Shown here piece after piece: positions 1 to 10,551 of a stretch of DNA of 64,000 nucleotides (positions are counted from its first letter, which is position 1; every line of letters begins with the position of its first letter). Source of the DNA: an uncultured delta proteobacterium (GTDB lineage: Bacteria > Desulfobacterota > Binatia > UBA9968); the NCBI GenBank assembly GCA_963745835.1, contig CAVUZH010000003.1, positions 928,001 through 992,000 of the forward strand, in the 5' to 3' direction. Position numbers and translations under genes: made by a program. The notes under the pieces are model-generated. The model was not told where the DNA came from and did not search any database. It saw nothing but the letters and a program-made list of their open reading frames with translations.

Positions 1-381
1 CATTTCGCGCGGTTTCCCCAATTGATGAGCTACGCAATCTACCCAGAGCGCCCTGAGCAAGAAAAAACGCTGGCTCTCTTATCTGAAGTTTTCCCGCACC
101 AGCTTTGCCGAACTGCTACCGTCTACGCGTTGTTACTCCCACGCATCGTTGCCGATTCGGCAACCCAGATAAGGCCTGCTACGAAGGCGGAAGCGCTTTT
201 CGCACTGGCGCCGAGCTCGATTCTCCTTCGTCCGAATTCAGGAGCAGCAACTTTGAACAAGCTTGGGCGCTTGGTTGAGCAGGTTCCGTGCTATTGGCTG
301 GAATTTACACAAGATCTAAATGATATTCCGCCGCGGCTACAGGCCATCATCGGTCCCGCCCGGCCGGATCACTCACATTGA
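1..381 (+). CDS. HPr-kinase-related protein, C-terminal part (5' end outside window)
   Basis: Frame is open from base 1. C-terminal pattern LLLPRI...ATKAEALFALAPSSIL...LGRLVEQVPCYWLE resembles HprK-related kinases. P-loop not visible. Confidence 0.55.
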   Translation, partial: HFARFPQLMSYAIYPERPEQEKTLALLSEVFPHQLCRTATVYALLLPRIVADSATQIRPATKAEALFALAPSSILLRPNSGAATLNKLGRLVEQVPCYWLEFTQDLNDIPPRLQAIIGPARPDHSH

Positions 382-489
382 CTTCCAGTCGACTCAAACT
401 CTCGATCCTTTCTACTCGTCTCCTCTTACATGTTGAACGGTTTCGCAAGCCTGGCTTTATCTCTGGGTAGGAAGAGACGGGAGCCGCTT

Positions 490-725
490 ATGACGTTGAT
501 GATGATCCTTAGCACAGTCTTTTGCCATCTGGTTACGATCACGACTTGGGTTACAGCGAATGTTCTAGATTGCGCAGCCCGATTGATTTGCTTCTTAACA
601 TCCTTGTTTTGCTACCTTTGTTGCTCTTCACCTTGTACGTTAGCTGGCACGTGAAGAACCGGCAGGCGGCAGCATTGGCGCGGGAAGCGGCTGAGTCAAG
701 ACGCTGGCCGAGCCGGGAACCATAA
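490..725 (+). CDS. small two-TM membrane protein, probably split by a 1-nt deletion near 568-570
   Basis: GGGAG precedes ATG 490. Adding one T to GATTG joins MTLMMILSTVFCHLVTITTWVTANVLD to LRSPIDLLLNILVLLPLLLFTLYVSW..., which ends 25 nt before the next gene. Confidence 0.35.
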
Positions 726-750
726 GGCGCTGCCGTATCCATAAACGCAT

Positions 751-1581
751 ATGCAGTCTTACGCACAAACTAATGTTCAGCTCTTGAACCAACTTCGCTC
801 CGAAGGTTACTCGAAAGAGGAGCGTGCATTCATTTCAAATGCCTACCAATTTGGAATGCGTATTTTTACCGGTCTCTATTTGCCCTCAGGCAAGCCGTTC
901 CTCGACCATCTCGTAGGCACCGCCAGCATTCTTGCCTGGCTCCGCGCGCCAATCGCGGTTGTCGCGGCGGGCTTGGTCCATGCGACCTACCTTCACGGCG
1001 ACTTCGGCTGCAGGACCGGCATCTCAGACGAGAAGCGCAAGCAGGTAATCGACATCGTTGGCACGGAGAGCGAAAATTACATCACCAGATACGATCGCGT
1101 TCTCTTGACTGCCGAGGATGTCGCGTTACTTGAAAGCACGCTGCAACAATTAAGCAAGGTTGATCGCTACATCGTTCTTATGCGTCTGGCGAATGAACTG
1201 GAGCATCATTTGGATTTTGGCGGACTTTATCTTGTGCAAGGACAAAAGCAACAAGGAGCTCACCGGCGCTATCTTGAACGGCGCCTACCGGCGCTGCTCA
1301 AGCTAGCTAACGCTCTTGGTTACGGATCTCTAGCTGCGGAGTTCGAGAAGATTCAGCGGGAAATCGCCGTGCTGAAACTGCCTCTCGAACCGGTCATCGT
1401 TTCTCGCCAGAAGGTCGCTTATCTCATTGCGCCCAAATCGTACAGGGTTCGGTTTATCATTGGAGTTCCCAAACTCATGCTCCAAGATCTGCCTCAAGGA
1501 GTTAAACTTCTGTCCCTTAAGACTTATAGAGTCCTGAGCCATCTAATAGCGCAGCTTTGGAGACCTCGTAGCAGAGTATAG
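751..1581 (+). CDS. HD_4 (RelA/SpoT hydrolase, Mesh1)-like protein with degenerate HD motif
   Basis: AYQFGMRIFTG...SGKPFLDHLVGTASILA...VVAAGLVHATY aligns by eye with the RSH hydrolase pattern SGEPYxxHPxxVAxIL...AAALLHDVVED, with HD changed to HA. Confidence 0.7.
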   Translation: MQSYAQTNVQLLNQLRSEGYSKEERAFISNAYQFGMRIFTGLYLPSGKPFLDHLVGTASILAWLRAPIAVVAAGLVHATYLHGDFGCRTGISDEKRKQVIDIVGTESENYITRYDRVLLTAEDVALLESTLQQLSKVDRYIVLMRLANELEHHLDFGGLYLVQGQKQQGAHRRYLERRLPALLKLANALGYGSLAAEFEKIQREIAVLKLPLEPVIVSRQKVAYLIAPKSYRVRFIIGVPKLMLQDLPQGVKLLSLKTYRVLSHLIAQLWRPRSRV

Positions 1582-1627
1582 TTCGTAAAAAAACCTCTGC
1601 TCGATAAATTACCACTATTGGCTTGCT

Positions 1628-3326
1628 GTGTACGCTCAAACCAACCTTCAATTGTTTAATCAGCTTCGTCGCGACGGCTACTCAAAGACAGACCGCGATC
1701 TTGTGCGCGATGCCTATGAACTGGCGATGGTCCTTTTTAGCGGCCGCTTTCAGCCGTCGGGAAAGCCGTTCATAGCTCATGTCGTAGGAACGGCCAGCAT
1801 ACTCGCATCTCTTCAATTGCCCATTGCGGTCGTGGCCGCGGGACTGCTCCACAACGTTTATGAACAGGGCGATTTCGGAGACGGTCGTAAATGGATCTCG
1901 ACGGCGAGACGCCGTCGGATCAGGCGCGTTCTGAGCCCAGAGGTTGAAGAATGCGTTGCCAGGTTTCCTACCTTTTCTTTGGAATGGCCGACCAATCCGC
2001 TGGCGCGCGAAAATCCGCATGAACTTCCTTCAATCGACCGCGCTGTTCTATTAATTGTTTTCGCGGACCACCTCGAACATCTCCTGGATCTCGATGTTTT
2101 ATATTATCGTCATGCGATTCAACTGCGCTATCTAGACAACTCCAAAATCGCAGTTGAGACTGCCGACCGACTGGGCCAGCGTCAGTTAGCCACGGAAATG
2201 AGAGAGGCCATTCGGAGGACGGAATTCGCTGAACTGGTCGTGGAGCTCACTGAGCATCGAAGTGGGTCATTTGTTATTGTCCCCAAATCTTGCCGCATGC
2301 GATTCTCCACGGTGCTGCGCCAGGGACTCATGGATCGGGCTCACAAAGCGCGTAAAGAATTTTTAAGGCGACGTAAGTCCGTCTACCAGAAATTGCCGTA
2401 CGGCGTAAAAGCTCCCTTAGCCAAATGGATGGGAAAGAGGGAATTACTGCGCGGCGGGCTGATCATAAAATCGGAAGAGTTTAGAAGCCTCTTCCCTAGG
2501 GATGCGAGTGCTGTGTGTGTTGCAACCGGCTTTCGTTTTGTCGAAGGTCCCGTTTGGATCGCAGAGGAAAAAAGGCTCCTCTTTAGCGATATTCCCGCGA
2601 ATCGTATTTATAGACTCGCGGCCGATGGCCGCGTCATGACATTCCAGAAGCCGAGCGGCAACTCCAACGGTTTGACACGCGACCAAGAAGGGCGGCTGAT
2701 TGCGTGTGAGCAGGGCAATCGTCGAGTGACACGGACCGAAAAAGATGGCTCGATCACGCCTCTGGCCGATCGGTTTCACGGCAAGAAGCTTAACAGCCCC
2801 AATGACGTCGTCGTGAAGTCCGATGGCGCTATTTACTTCACGGACCCCGCCTACAGCATTACGCCTGGTCGGCAAGAGCAACCACTGCGAAGGAGTCTAT
2901 CGACTCTCCCCGGATGGTGAAGAGATCTCGCTCGTGGCAGATGATTTAGCTCGACCTAACGGCCTAGCGTTCTCGCCGGACGAAACGAAGCTTTACATCG
3001 ATGATTCAGAGCGCCGTCATATCCGGATATTCGATGTTGGTGATGATGGATCACTCTCGGGCGGCTCGCTGTTTCACGATATGAACGTAAGCATTCCGGG
3101 CTCCCCTGACGGCATGAAAGTGGATGTGGAAGGGCGTGTCTACTGCACGGGCGCGGGCGGCGTTTGGGTATTCGATCCTGCGGGGAATCATCTCGGAACC
3201 ATTGTTACACCAGAGAAGCCGTCGAATTGCGCCTGGGGAGACGATGATTGGCGGAGCCTTTACATTACTGCTAGTACCTCCGTCTACAAAATACGGGTCA
3301 ACACTCCTGGAATTGGAGCTTCATAA
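1628..3326 (+). CDS. fusion of degenerate HD_4-like domain and SMP-30/gluconolactonase beta-propeller; +1 frameshift near 2887
   Basis: N-terminus is paralogous to 751-1581 (YAQTNxQL, SGKPF, GLLHNVY). Then TGFRFVEGPVW, NSNGL, LNSPNDVVVKSDG, and in the shifted frame GVYRLSPDG, PNGLAFSPD, PDGMKVD, PSNCAWG. Confidence 0.8.
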
Positions 3327-3347
3327 GCTCGTCCTTAGCACAGGTCT

Positions 3348-4559
3348 ATGAATAACGCATCCTATTCAACACCCTCGTTGTCGCTGGCTTTATCTCTTGT
3401 TCTTCCCACCTCGGAGGAAACCCTGTTACTCCGCACATGTCTGTTGCCGCGTGATCTGGCGCGACAAGCTTGGGAAGAATGGCGTATCCGCTACGACGGC
3501 CCCGAAATGGGTTTTATCGGAAATAAACCGTCAATAAGAAAACTCCGTCCGTTGCTCTTCAGTGCCTTCCAACAGCATAACCTTCAGGCGGATAACAAGG
3601 TCAAGACCTACCTGCGATCGGTCTATCTAAAGGAGGAACTACGGAACAAGATATTTCGTCGAATTTGCCGCGCCGTTCTTCAGTTACTTCAAAGAGAAGA
3701 TTTTACCGCCATTGTACTCAAGGGCACCGCCTTGGCGGAAACCGCTTACGGCAACCCCGTGCTGCGCCATTGCCACGATATTGACATTCTGTTGCCGGAC
3801 AATGAATTGAGCCGAGCTGCGGATCTGCTGTCATCTTTGAGCTTCCGCAGAGTCGATCTACACGCCCAACCAGGAAACCCTCAAGTCAGGATGAAGCATG
3901 AGTCCGAACTCCCTCTCGAGCTTCACAGCCGACTATTCGAGGTGCCGTACTACAACGTAGTTTCCTCAGAAATTAAGGCACGAAGTAAAAGTCGGCTCAT
4001 TGCAGACATTCCGGTGAAAATCCTCACGCCCGCCGATAGCCTGCTCCATGTCTGCGGTCACGCCTCATACTCGAGCAAGCGTCCGTCGCTGCGCTGGGTC
4101 ACCGACGCCTGGTTCATTGTCGAACGTCATCCGGACCTAGATTGGGATCTGCTTTTGGAGTCCATACATCGTAGCCGACTGTCTTTACCTTTGTCCGTAA
4201 TGCTCGGGTACCTGGCAGAAGACCTGAATGCGTCAATCCCCTCTACATTTCTGAGTCGTTTGTCCGCGGCTGCATCAAAGTGCGACACGATAGAACGCCA
4301 GCTGGCGTTGCGCGGAACACGGGCGGCCGGTCAAGCAAGTCTCAAGGAATTATTTCGAAGGACAACAAACTGGCGAGAACGAGTGTTGCTCATTCAGTGG
4401 CTGCTTTTCCCATCATCCCGATATCTGCGGTGGGTGGATGAGGTCCGAGATTCGCGCCTACTACCTTTTCACTACGTTTACCGGCCAATTCGGCACTTTG
4501 CTCGATATGTTTGGTCGAAGTTACGGGGCACCATGCGGCGTACGGCGCTTGCTGAATAG
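3348..4559 (+). CDS. nucleotidyltransferase family protein (NTP_transf_5-like)
   Basis: IVLKGTALAETAYGNPVLRHCHDIDIL, LELHSRL and LRWVTD motifs. Confidence 0.85.
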   Translation: MNNASYSTPSLSLALSLVLPTSEETLLLRTCLLPRDLARQAWEEWRIRYDGPEMGFIGNKPSIRKLRPLLFSAFQQHNLQADNKVKTYLRSVYLKEELRNKIFRRICRAVLQLLQREDFTAIVLKGTALAETAYGNPVLRHCHDIDILLPDNELSRAADLLSSLSFRRVDLHAQPGNPQVRMKHESELPLELHSRLFEVPYYNVVSSEIKARSKSRLIADIPVKILTPADSLLHVCGHASYSSKRPSLRWVTDAWFIVERHPDLDWDLLLESIHRSRLSLPLSVMLGYLAEDLNASIPSTFLSRLSAAASKCDTIERQLALRGTRAAGQASLKELFRRTTNWRERVLLIQWLLFPSSRYLRWVDEVRDSRLLPFHYVYRPIRHFARYVWSKLRGTMRRTALAE

Positions 4560-4729
4560 CTGAGTAAGCCGCCGCGCGATTCAACAGTTCTTCGATAGTT
4601 GTGAAAGGCATTTGTAAAAGCGATCGATTATCCTTCCCATCCGGATTCCTTGACCTTACCCGAGACCTTCTGGAGCGATTGAAACAAACCGCCATCATCT
4701 GCCGACGCGCCTGTTAGACTCGTTTGAAC

Positions 4730-6014
4730 ATGAAAGCCCGACCACTTCGCTTCTGCATGATTACGACTTTCTATCCACCGTACAACTTTGGCGGGGATGG
4801 AATCTTCGTGCACCAACTAACCAATGAGTTGGCGGCTCGCGGACATTACGTCGAGGTCATACATTGCATCGATGCGTATCGACTTATGAGACGGCCTGAA
4901 CCGACGCAACAGCTATAGTGACCATCCTAATGTAAACGTGCATGGATTAAAGAGCCGCCTCGGTTCCTTCTCTCCCTTAGCCACTCAGCAGATCGGTAGT
5001 CCGTTGTTAAAAGCAGCTCGCATCCGGAAGATTTTGGCAAAGGGGTTCGACGTTATCCATTTTCACAACATTTCCCTGATCGGCGGTCCAAAAATTCTAG
5101 AATACGGGACCGCAATTAAGCTCTACACGATGCATGAGTACTGGTTGATTTGTCCGACCCATGTGCTCTTCAGATTCAATCGAGCAGTTTGTACACAGCC
5201 GCATTGCTTCACCTGTGAACTCTCCTACAAGCGTCCACCACAGTGGTGGCGCCACTCAGGCATGATTCAGTCCGGCATTAAACATATTGATGCTTTCATA
5301 GCTCCGAGCCGATTTAGCAAGGACCTGCACCATCGGATGGGGTTGGACGCGCCTATTGTACATGTGCCGCATTTTATTCCCGGTATGCAGCCAAAGACGC
5401 CGCTGCCGAAGCGTCAAGAGCGGCCAGAATTGGGACAGAAACCTTATTTCTTATTTGTCGGCCGTTTGGAAAAGATCAAGGGGTTGCAGACACTCATTCC
5501 CATGTTTCTTCAATACCAGAAGGCGCAGTTGTGGATCGCCGGTGAGGGCACATACGGATTGGCCTTACGCCGTTTAGCGGGAGACAGTGACAACATCCTT
5601 TTTCTGGGGCATAAGACCAAAGATGAGCTGCAGACACTGTACCGAAATGCAGTTGCGCTGGTGATTCCATCCTTATCCCTTGAGGTATTTGCTTTGGTTA
5701 TCCTCGAAGCCTTCCTACAGCGAACGCCGGTGATCGTGCGAAACATTGGTGGCATGCCGGAGATCATCCAAGAGAGTGGCGGCGGCTTTGTTTATGAAAC
5801 CAATCAAGATCTGGTCATGGCTGTGGAACAACTGATAACCGATGGTGCCTACCGTGATCGGCTCGGCGCATGTGGTCACAGCGCCCTATACAAAAAGTGG
5901 ACTGCCGATGCTCATCTAACATCATATTTGGGATTGATCGGTCAAATTGCCGCTGCGCGTGATGATACATCGCCGAATTTCAAATCACTGCCAACGAGTC
6001 ATTCTTCGCACTGA
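4730..6014 (+). CDS. glycosyltransferase family 4 (GT-B); frameshift near 4910
   Basis: N-terminal FCMITTFYPPYNFGGDG continues in the other frame as SYSDHPNVNVHG..., then FVGRLEKIKG and EVFALVILEA. Confidence 0.85.
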
Positions 6015-6084
6015 ATGGTTCTGCTCGGAATTTGCATCGCATAGGATAATCTGCGGCCTACGAGTGTAGCGGTGGCATTTTCAT

Positions 6085-6366
6085 ATGAAGCACAATAAGC
6101 ATCTTGAGATCGAAACACAAATCAAGCGGTTGCTGGTTTCTGAGTTGAAAGTCAATCCCGCTCTGCTTGAGAACACGGACCCGACTATGCCGCTTTTAGG
6201 CAGAGGGATTGGATTGGATTCCGTCGAAGCTATGGCGCTTCTAGTGAGCTTGGAAGAGGAATTTGGACTGGCGATACCAGACAACGATCTGACGGTGGAT
6301 CTTTTTGAAAGCGTCAGTACTTTGGCTGATTATATTGCGCATGCGCTCTTAGAACGAACAACCTAA
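6085..6366 (+). CDS. acyl carrier protein
   Basis: 93 aa acidic protein with the GLDSVEAM phosphopantetheine attachment motif. Confidence 0.9.
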   Translation: MKHNKHLEIETQIKRLLVSELKVNPALLENTDPTMPLLGRGIGLDSVEAMALLVSLEEEFGLAIPDNDLTVDLFESVSTLADYIAHALLERTT

Positions 6367-6506
6367 ACGGTTCCCGCTTACCGGCGGTGGTATTTGTATG
6401 GCAAATTTTCAAAAGTTGAGCTTCAACTCGCGTAGAATCGTTTGACTTTTACGTTCGTGACTCCGCTCATACGACCCAGACACCATCCTTTCGACCGGAG
6501 ATTGTA

Positions 6507-7979
6507 ATGATGGAAACGCTCCCTGAAATGCTCGCAGCTGTGACGGCAGACAATCCAGGACGGATTGCCATTGTGGAGGACGAGACGGTGTTATCGTTCG
6601 GAGAGCTTAATCATCGCATTCTCTCTCTCGCCGGACAACTTCAGCGGTTGGGAATCCGGAGTGGAGATCGGGTCGCCGTGCTTCTTCCGAACGGATTACA
6701 TTTTGTCGTCAGCTACTTTGCTATTGCCGTCTTGGGAGCAGTCGTCGTGTCGTTGAACGATCAATACCAGGATGTAGAATTGCGTCGATTTCTTGCAGAA
6801 ACGAAGGCCTCTCTTTTGATAACATCCCGCCTGGCCCATGATTCTTGCCAACGAGTACTTCGGTTTTATGAAAGTTCGTGTCAGCTCTTTTTAATCGAGG
6901 ATCGCGAACAAAGATCAAATGATGAAGCTCGTTTTTCTGATTTTGGTTCGGTCCAAGCCGATGCTCCCGTTATGTACCAATTCTCCTCGGGCTCAACGGG
7001 ACGGCCGAAGCTAATCGCGCGAACGCATCGGAATTTACTTTGCGAGCTCGACAGTTTGATCCGGACGTTTGAATTATCCGCGGAAGATCGCTTCCTCGGC
7101 GTAACGCCATTTTCACATGTCAATGGATTGATGCGCAGCATGATGGCAAGTCTGGCCTCGGGAGGGACTCTCTATCCCGCCGCTCGCTTCGACCGCCACG
7201 CGGTCGTGGAAATGATCGAGAAACACCGTCTCACGATTTTTATCGGAGTTCCCTTCATGTTCGGGGTTATGGCAAAAACCAACTACCCGCGCCGACCTGA
7301 CGTTTCTTCTTTGCGGCTTTGTATTTCGGCAAGCGCACCGATGCCGGTCGAGCTCAATCGTCAATTTCAAAACAAATTTGGAATGTACGTCCGGCAGCTT
7401 TACGGCTCCAGTGAGACCGGAACGATCAGTGCTAATTTGAACGCCGACATCGGTGAATCGTTAGACTCGGTCGGCCGACCAATCGCCGGTGTCAATATCG
7501 AAATCTACTGCGATGAGAGACAATTGACGCCTGAAAATGAAATCGGAGAAATTGCCGTTAAAAGCGAGGCGGCAATTCAGAGCTATGGGTCCGAAGATCT
7601 GGACAATGGCACATTCCGCGACGGATATTTCTTTACGGGAGATCTGGGTCGGAGAGACGCAGACGGCCTACTCTTTTTACTTGGACGAAAGAAGCTCTTC
7701 ATCAATAAGGCAGGCTACAAGATCAACCCCAGAGAAGTCGAGGAGCTACTCGAAAGCCATCCTCGAATCGAGGAGGCGGTCGTTATCGGCGTCGCAACGC
7801 CTTTCGGTGATCAAAAGGTTAAGGCGCTGCTCGTGACGAATGCCCCTTGCTCGGAGCGAGAAGTTGTCGAGTTTTGCCGGGGAAAAATCTCCGATTTCAA
7901 GATCCCCAGTTTAATCGAATTCACGAACGCGTTTCCAAAAAGTCCCACCGGTAAGGTCCGAAGGGAACTGCTGACCTGA
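6507..7979 (+). CDS. AMP-dependent acyl-CoA/acyl-ACP ligase (class I adenylate-forming)
   Basis: FSSGSTGRPK, QLYGSSETG, FFTGDLG and PKSPTGK motifs. Confidence 0.92.
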   Translation: MMETLPEMLAAVTADNPGRIAIVEDETVLSFGELNHRILSLAGQLQRLGIRSGDRVAVLLPNGLHFVVSYFAIAVLGAVVVSLNDQYQDVELRRFLAETKASLLITSRLAHDSCQRVLRFYESSCQLFLIEDREQRSNDEARFSDFGSVQADAPVMYQFSSGSTGRPKLIARTHRNLLCELDSLIRTFELSAEDRFLGVTPFSHVNGLMRSMMASLASGGTLYPAARFDRHAVVEMIEKHRLTIFIGVPFMFGVMAKTNYPRRPDVSSLRLCISASAPMPVELNRQFQNKFGMYVRQLYGSSETGTISANLNADIGESLDSVGRPIAGVNIEIYCDERQLTPENEIGEIAVKSEAAIQSYGSEDLDNGTFRDGYFFTGDLGRRDADGLLFLLGRKKLFINKAGYKINPREVEELLESHPRIEEAVVIGVATPFGDQKVKALLVTNAPCSEREVVEFCRGKISDFKIPSLIEFTNAFPKSPTGKVRRELLT

Positions 7980-8362
7980 TCAGGATCCACTATGAACCTG
8001 TCGTAGCAAAGAGGTCCTTTTCGGTCGACTAAGACTATAAAGACTTCAAGACCAACAAAGTCCAATTTGATGTGTAGAGGCGTGCGACCTAATCGTGCTT
8101 TTCTGGTTTTCTGAGCTGCAGGTGCAGCGCCGTCTTAATTGCGCGTCGCATCTAGAACTCGTAAACACTCCTAGCAAAAGATCGCAGGTTAATGGTCACT
8201 ACTAAGGAAACTTAGAGTCCCAATTGTCTTTCACTGTAAATCTTCCAGGAATGCTTTGCCACAGTTAAACCGCTCTCACTAACTCTCTGGCGGTTCACGG
8301 CGTTTCTTACGTCGCGCGGGCTAAAAGACCGTTGCCGGCTTTTGTTAATACTCTTTGTGAGT

Positions 8363-9424
8363 ATGACTGCTAATTCAACAATAAGAATTGGTATCGTGGG
8401 TTGTGGGCGTGTAACTGAAACTCGCCATTTGCCGGCGCTGCGATATCTCGACAGTGTCGAAGTTGTAGCCTTGGCCGACATCAGCGTTGACCGTCTGAAC
8501 AAAGTGGCGGACCTGTTTGATATCAAGGCCCGATATGCCAACTATCAGCGACTGCTGGAAGAGCCCTCGATAGACGCAGTTGCGGTCTGCGTACCGGCTC
8601 AGTTTCATGTGGAGATCGGTTTGGCTGCTTTGGATGCTGGAAAGCACATCCTTGTTGAGAAGCCCCTAGCCCTGAAACTGAACGAATGCCAATATCTTAT
8701 CGACCGCGCGAGAAAAACCCCCAATAAAGTCATGATAGGCTTCAATTTGCGCTGGCATCGGCTTGTGCGGCAAGCGCGAGAAATGATCCAACAAGGACAC
8801 GTGGTAAGAATCGGCTTGATGCGAACAGTTCTGACCAGTTACCACAACGATGTTCCCCAATGGAGGCAATATCGCGAGCGGGGAGGTGGAGTGCTGTTTG
8901 AGTTAGCTGTTCACCACTTCGATCTCTGGCGCTTCTTGCTCCAGAGTGAGGTCGAGGAAGTGTCTGCCTCAACACTTTGCGGGCTGTGGGAAGACGAAGC
9001 GGCAACGGTAACCGCGCGGATGGCCAATGGTGTTCTTATTACTTCTGTTTTCGCAGAGCGGACGAGCGAAAGTCATGAGTTAGAGATCTACGGCCAATCA
9101 GGTCGTCTGAAAGTATCCTGCTATGATTTTGATGGCCTGGAATGTTTTTCGACGGCCGGCTTTTCGGGTGACATGCGGAACCGGCTGCGAAGAATTGCGT
9201 CTACAGTGAAAGAACTGCCTCGCGCGCTCTGTAAAATGAGGCAAGGCGGAGACTTCATTGCTTCCTACCGCGCCGAGTGGAGTCATTTTACCGATGCGAT
9301 CCGGCGCAACACACCGGTTGAATGTACCTTAGAGGATGGGGTACAGGCGCTGCGAGTGGTGCTGGCTGCGGCCAGGTCGGCGTCCACAAACCAGCCGGTG
9401 AACCTCAGCGCGATCACCGCGTGA
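8363..9424 (+). CDS. Gfo/Idh/MocA oxidoreductase
   Basis: IGIVGCG, GKHILVEKP, GGVLFELAVHHFD. Confidence 0.9.
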   Translation: MTANSTIRIGIVGCGRVTETRHLPALRYLDSVEVVALADISVDRLNKVADLFDIKARYANYQRLLEEPSIDAVAVCVPAQFHVEIGLAALDAGKHILVEKPLALKLNECQYLIDRARKTPNKVMIGFNLRWHRLVRQAREMIQQGHVVRIGLMRTVLTSYHNDVPQWRQYRERGGGVLFELAVHHFDLWRFLLQSEVEEVSASTLCGLWEDEAATVTARMANGVLITSVFAERTSESHELEIYGQSGRLKVSCYDFDGLECFSTAGFSGDMRNRLRRIASTVKELPRALCKMRQGGDFIASYRAEWSHFTDAIRRNTPVECTLEDGVQALRVVLAAARSASTNQPVNLSAITA

Positions 9425-9490
9425 ACCCAGCCAAGCACAGAGAATTATGCGGCTGGCAGCCCGTAAACTAGCGAGCGCGGAAATGATGTT

Positions 9491-10537
9491 ATGACTGGCA
9501 ATAAGCTATCGCCTTCCATTGGTGGGCGTCTTCCAGAGCCGAAGCTGTCGGTAGTGATTGTCGCTGATGGCTATGACATCATTCGCAAAACGGTCAGCCA
9601 TCTCCGGGATCAATCAATAAAAGATCAACTGGAGATTGTCATCGTAGCCGAAGCTAAAGAACGTCTCGTTCTCGAGTTCCGCGAGATAAAGGATTTTTGG
9701 TCCGTGCGCGTGATTGAAGTTCCTTCCATTCTACCGTTGGCCTTAGCCACCGCAGCCGGTATTCGCCACTGTCGGGGATCGCTCGTCGTACTGGCCGAGA
9801 GTCACGCTTATCCGAGCGCGGGATGGGCGCAGGCGCTTGTCAAAGCCCATCAGCAGCCATGGGCAGCTGTGGGTGCCGTGATCGGCAACGCCAACCCCTA
9901 TAGTATGGTCAGCTGGTCGAGTCTGTTTTTGGACTACGGTCATTGTGTCGAAACCACCGTGACTGGTGTAATGGACTATTTGCCGGGTCATCACACTTCC
10001 TACAAGCGTGAGATTCTGTTGCATTATGACTCACAGTTGGAGGCCTTGATGGACTCGGAAATCCTGCTCCATTGGAAGATGCGGGAGAGGGGATACCAAC
10101 TCTATTTGGAGCCTGCGGCGAAAATCTATCACGTCAATATCTCGGCCATCGGCGCGTGGCTCTCGGAACGTTTTTATACCGGCCGGCGATTTGCGGCGAC
10201 TCGAGCGCAGGGCTGGTCGTTAGTGATGCGTTTGTTGTATGGGGGCGCTGCCGGCCTTATTCCGTTGGTGCGCTTGTCCCGTGTCTTGCGTGATATTAGC
10301 CGGTCAACTCACAGAGAGCTCTTACTCCCGCGCATCGTTCCCTCGCTGCTTTTGGGCTTGCTGGTGAGCGCCGTAGGAGAAGCAGTAGGTTACCTGATGG
10401 GCCGTGGCACTGCGACGGAGCGTCTCGCTGAAATGGAATTGCACAAGCTTAGATACATCACGAAACAGGATCGCCTCGCAATCGAAGGCGCGCCAATAAC
10501 CGGCGGTATCGGTTCCGTGGAAGCTTGCGGACACTGA
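9491..10537 (+). CDS. glycosyltransferase family 2 (divergent)
   Basis: LSVVIV start, GT-A-like layout with an atypical ESH at the DxD position, hydrophobic C-terminus. Confidence 0.75.
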   Translation: MTGNKLSPSIGGRLPEPKLSVVIVADGYDIIRKTVSHLRDQSIKDQLEIVIVAEAKERLVLEFREIKDFWSVRVIEVPSILPLALATAAGIRHCRGSLVVLAESHAYPSAGWAQALVKAHQQPWAAVGAVIGNANPYSMVSWSSLFLDYGHCVETTVTGVMDYLPGHHTSYKREILLHYDSQLEALMDSEILLHWKMRERGYQLYLEPAAKIYHVNISAIGAWLSERFYTGRRFAATRAQGWSLVMRLLYGGAAGLIPLVRLSRVLRDISRSTHRELLLPRIVPSLLLGLLVSAVGEAVGYLMGRGTATERLAEMELHKLRYITKQDRLAIEGAPITGGIGSVEACGH

Positions 10538-10551
10538 TCTGGACTGCTCTG

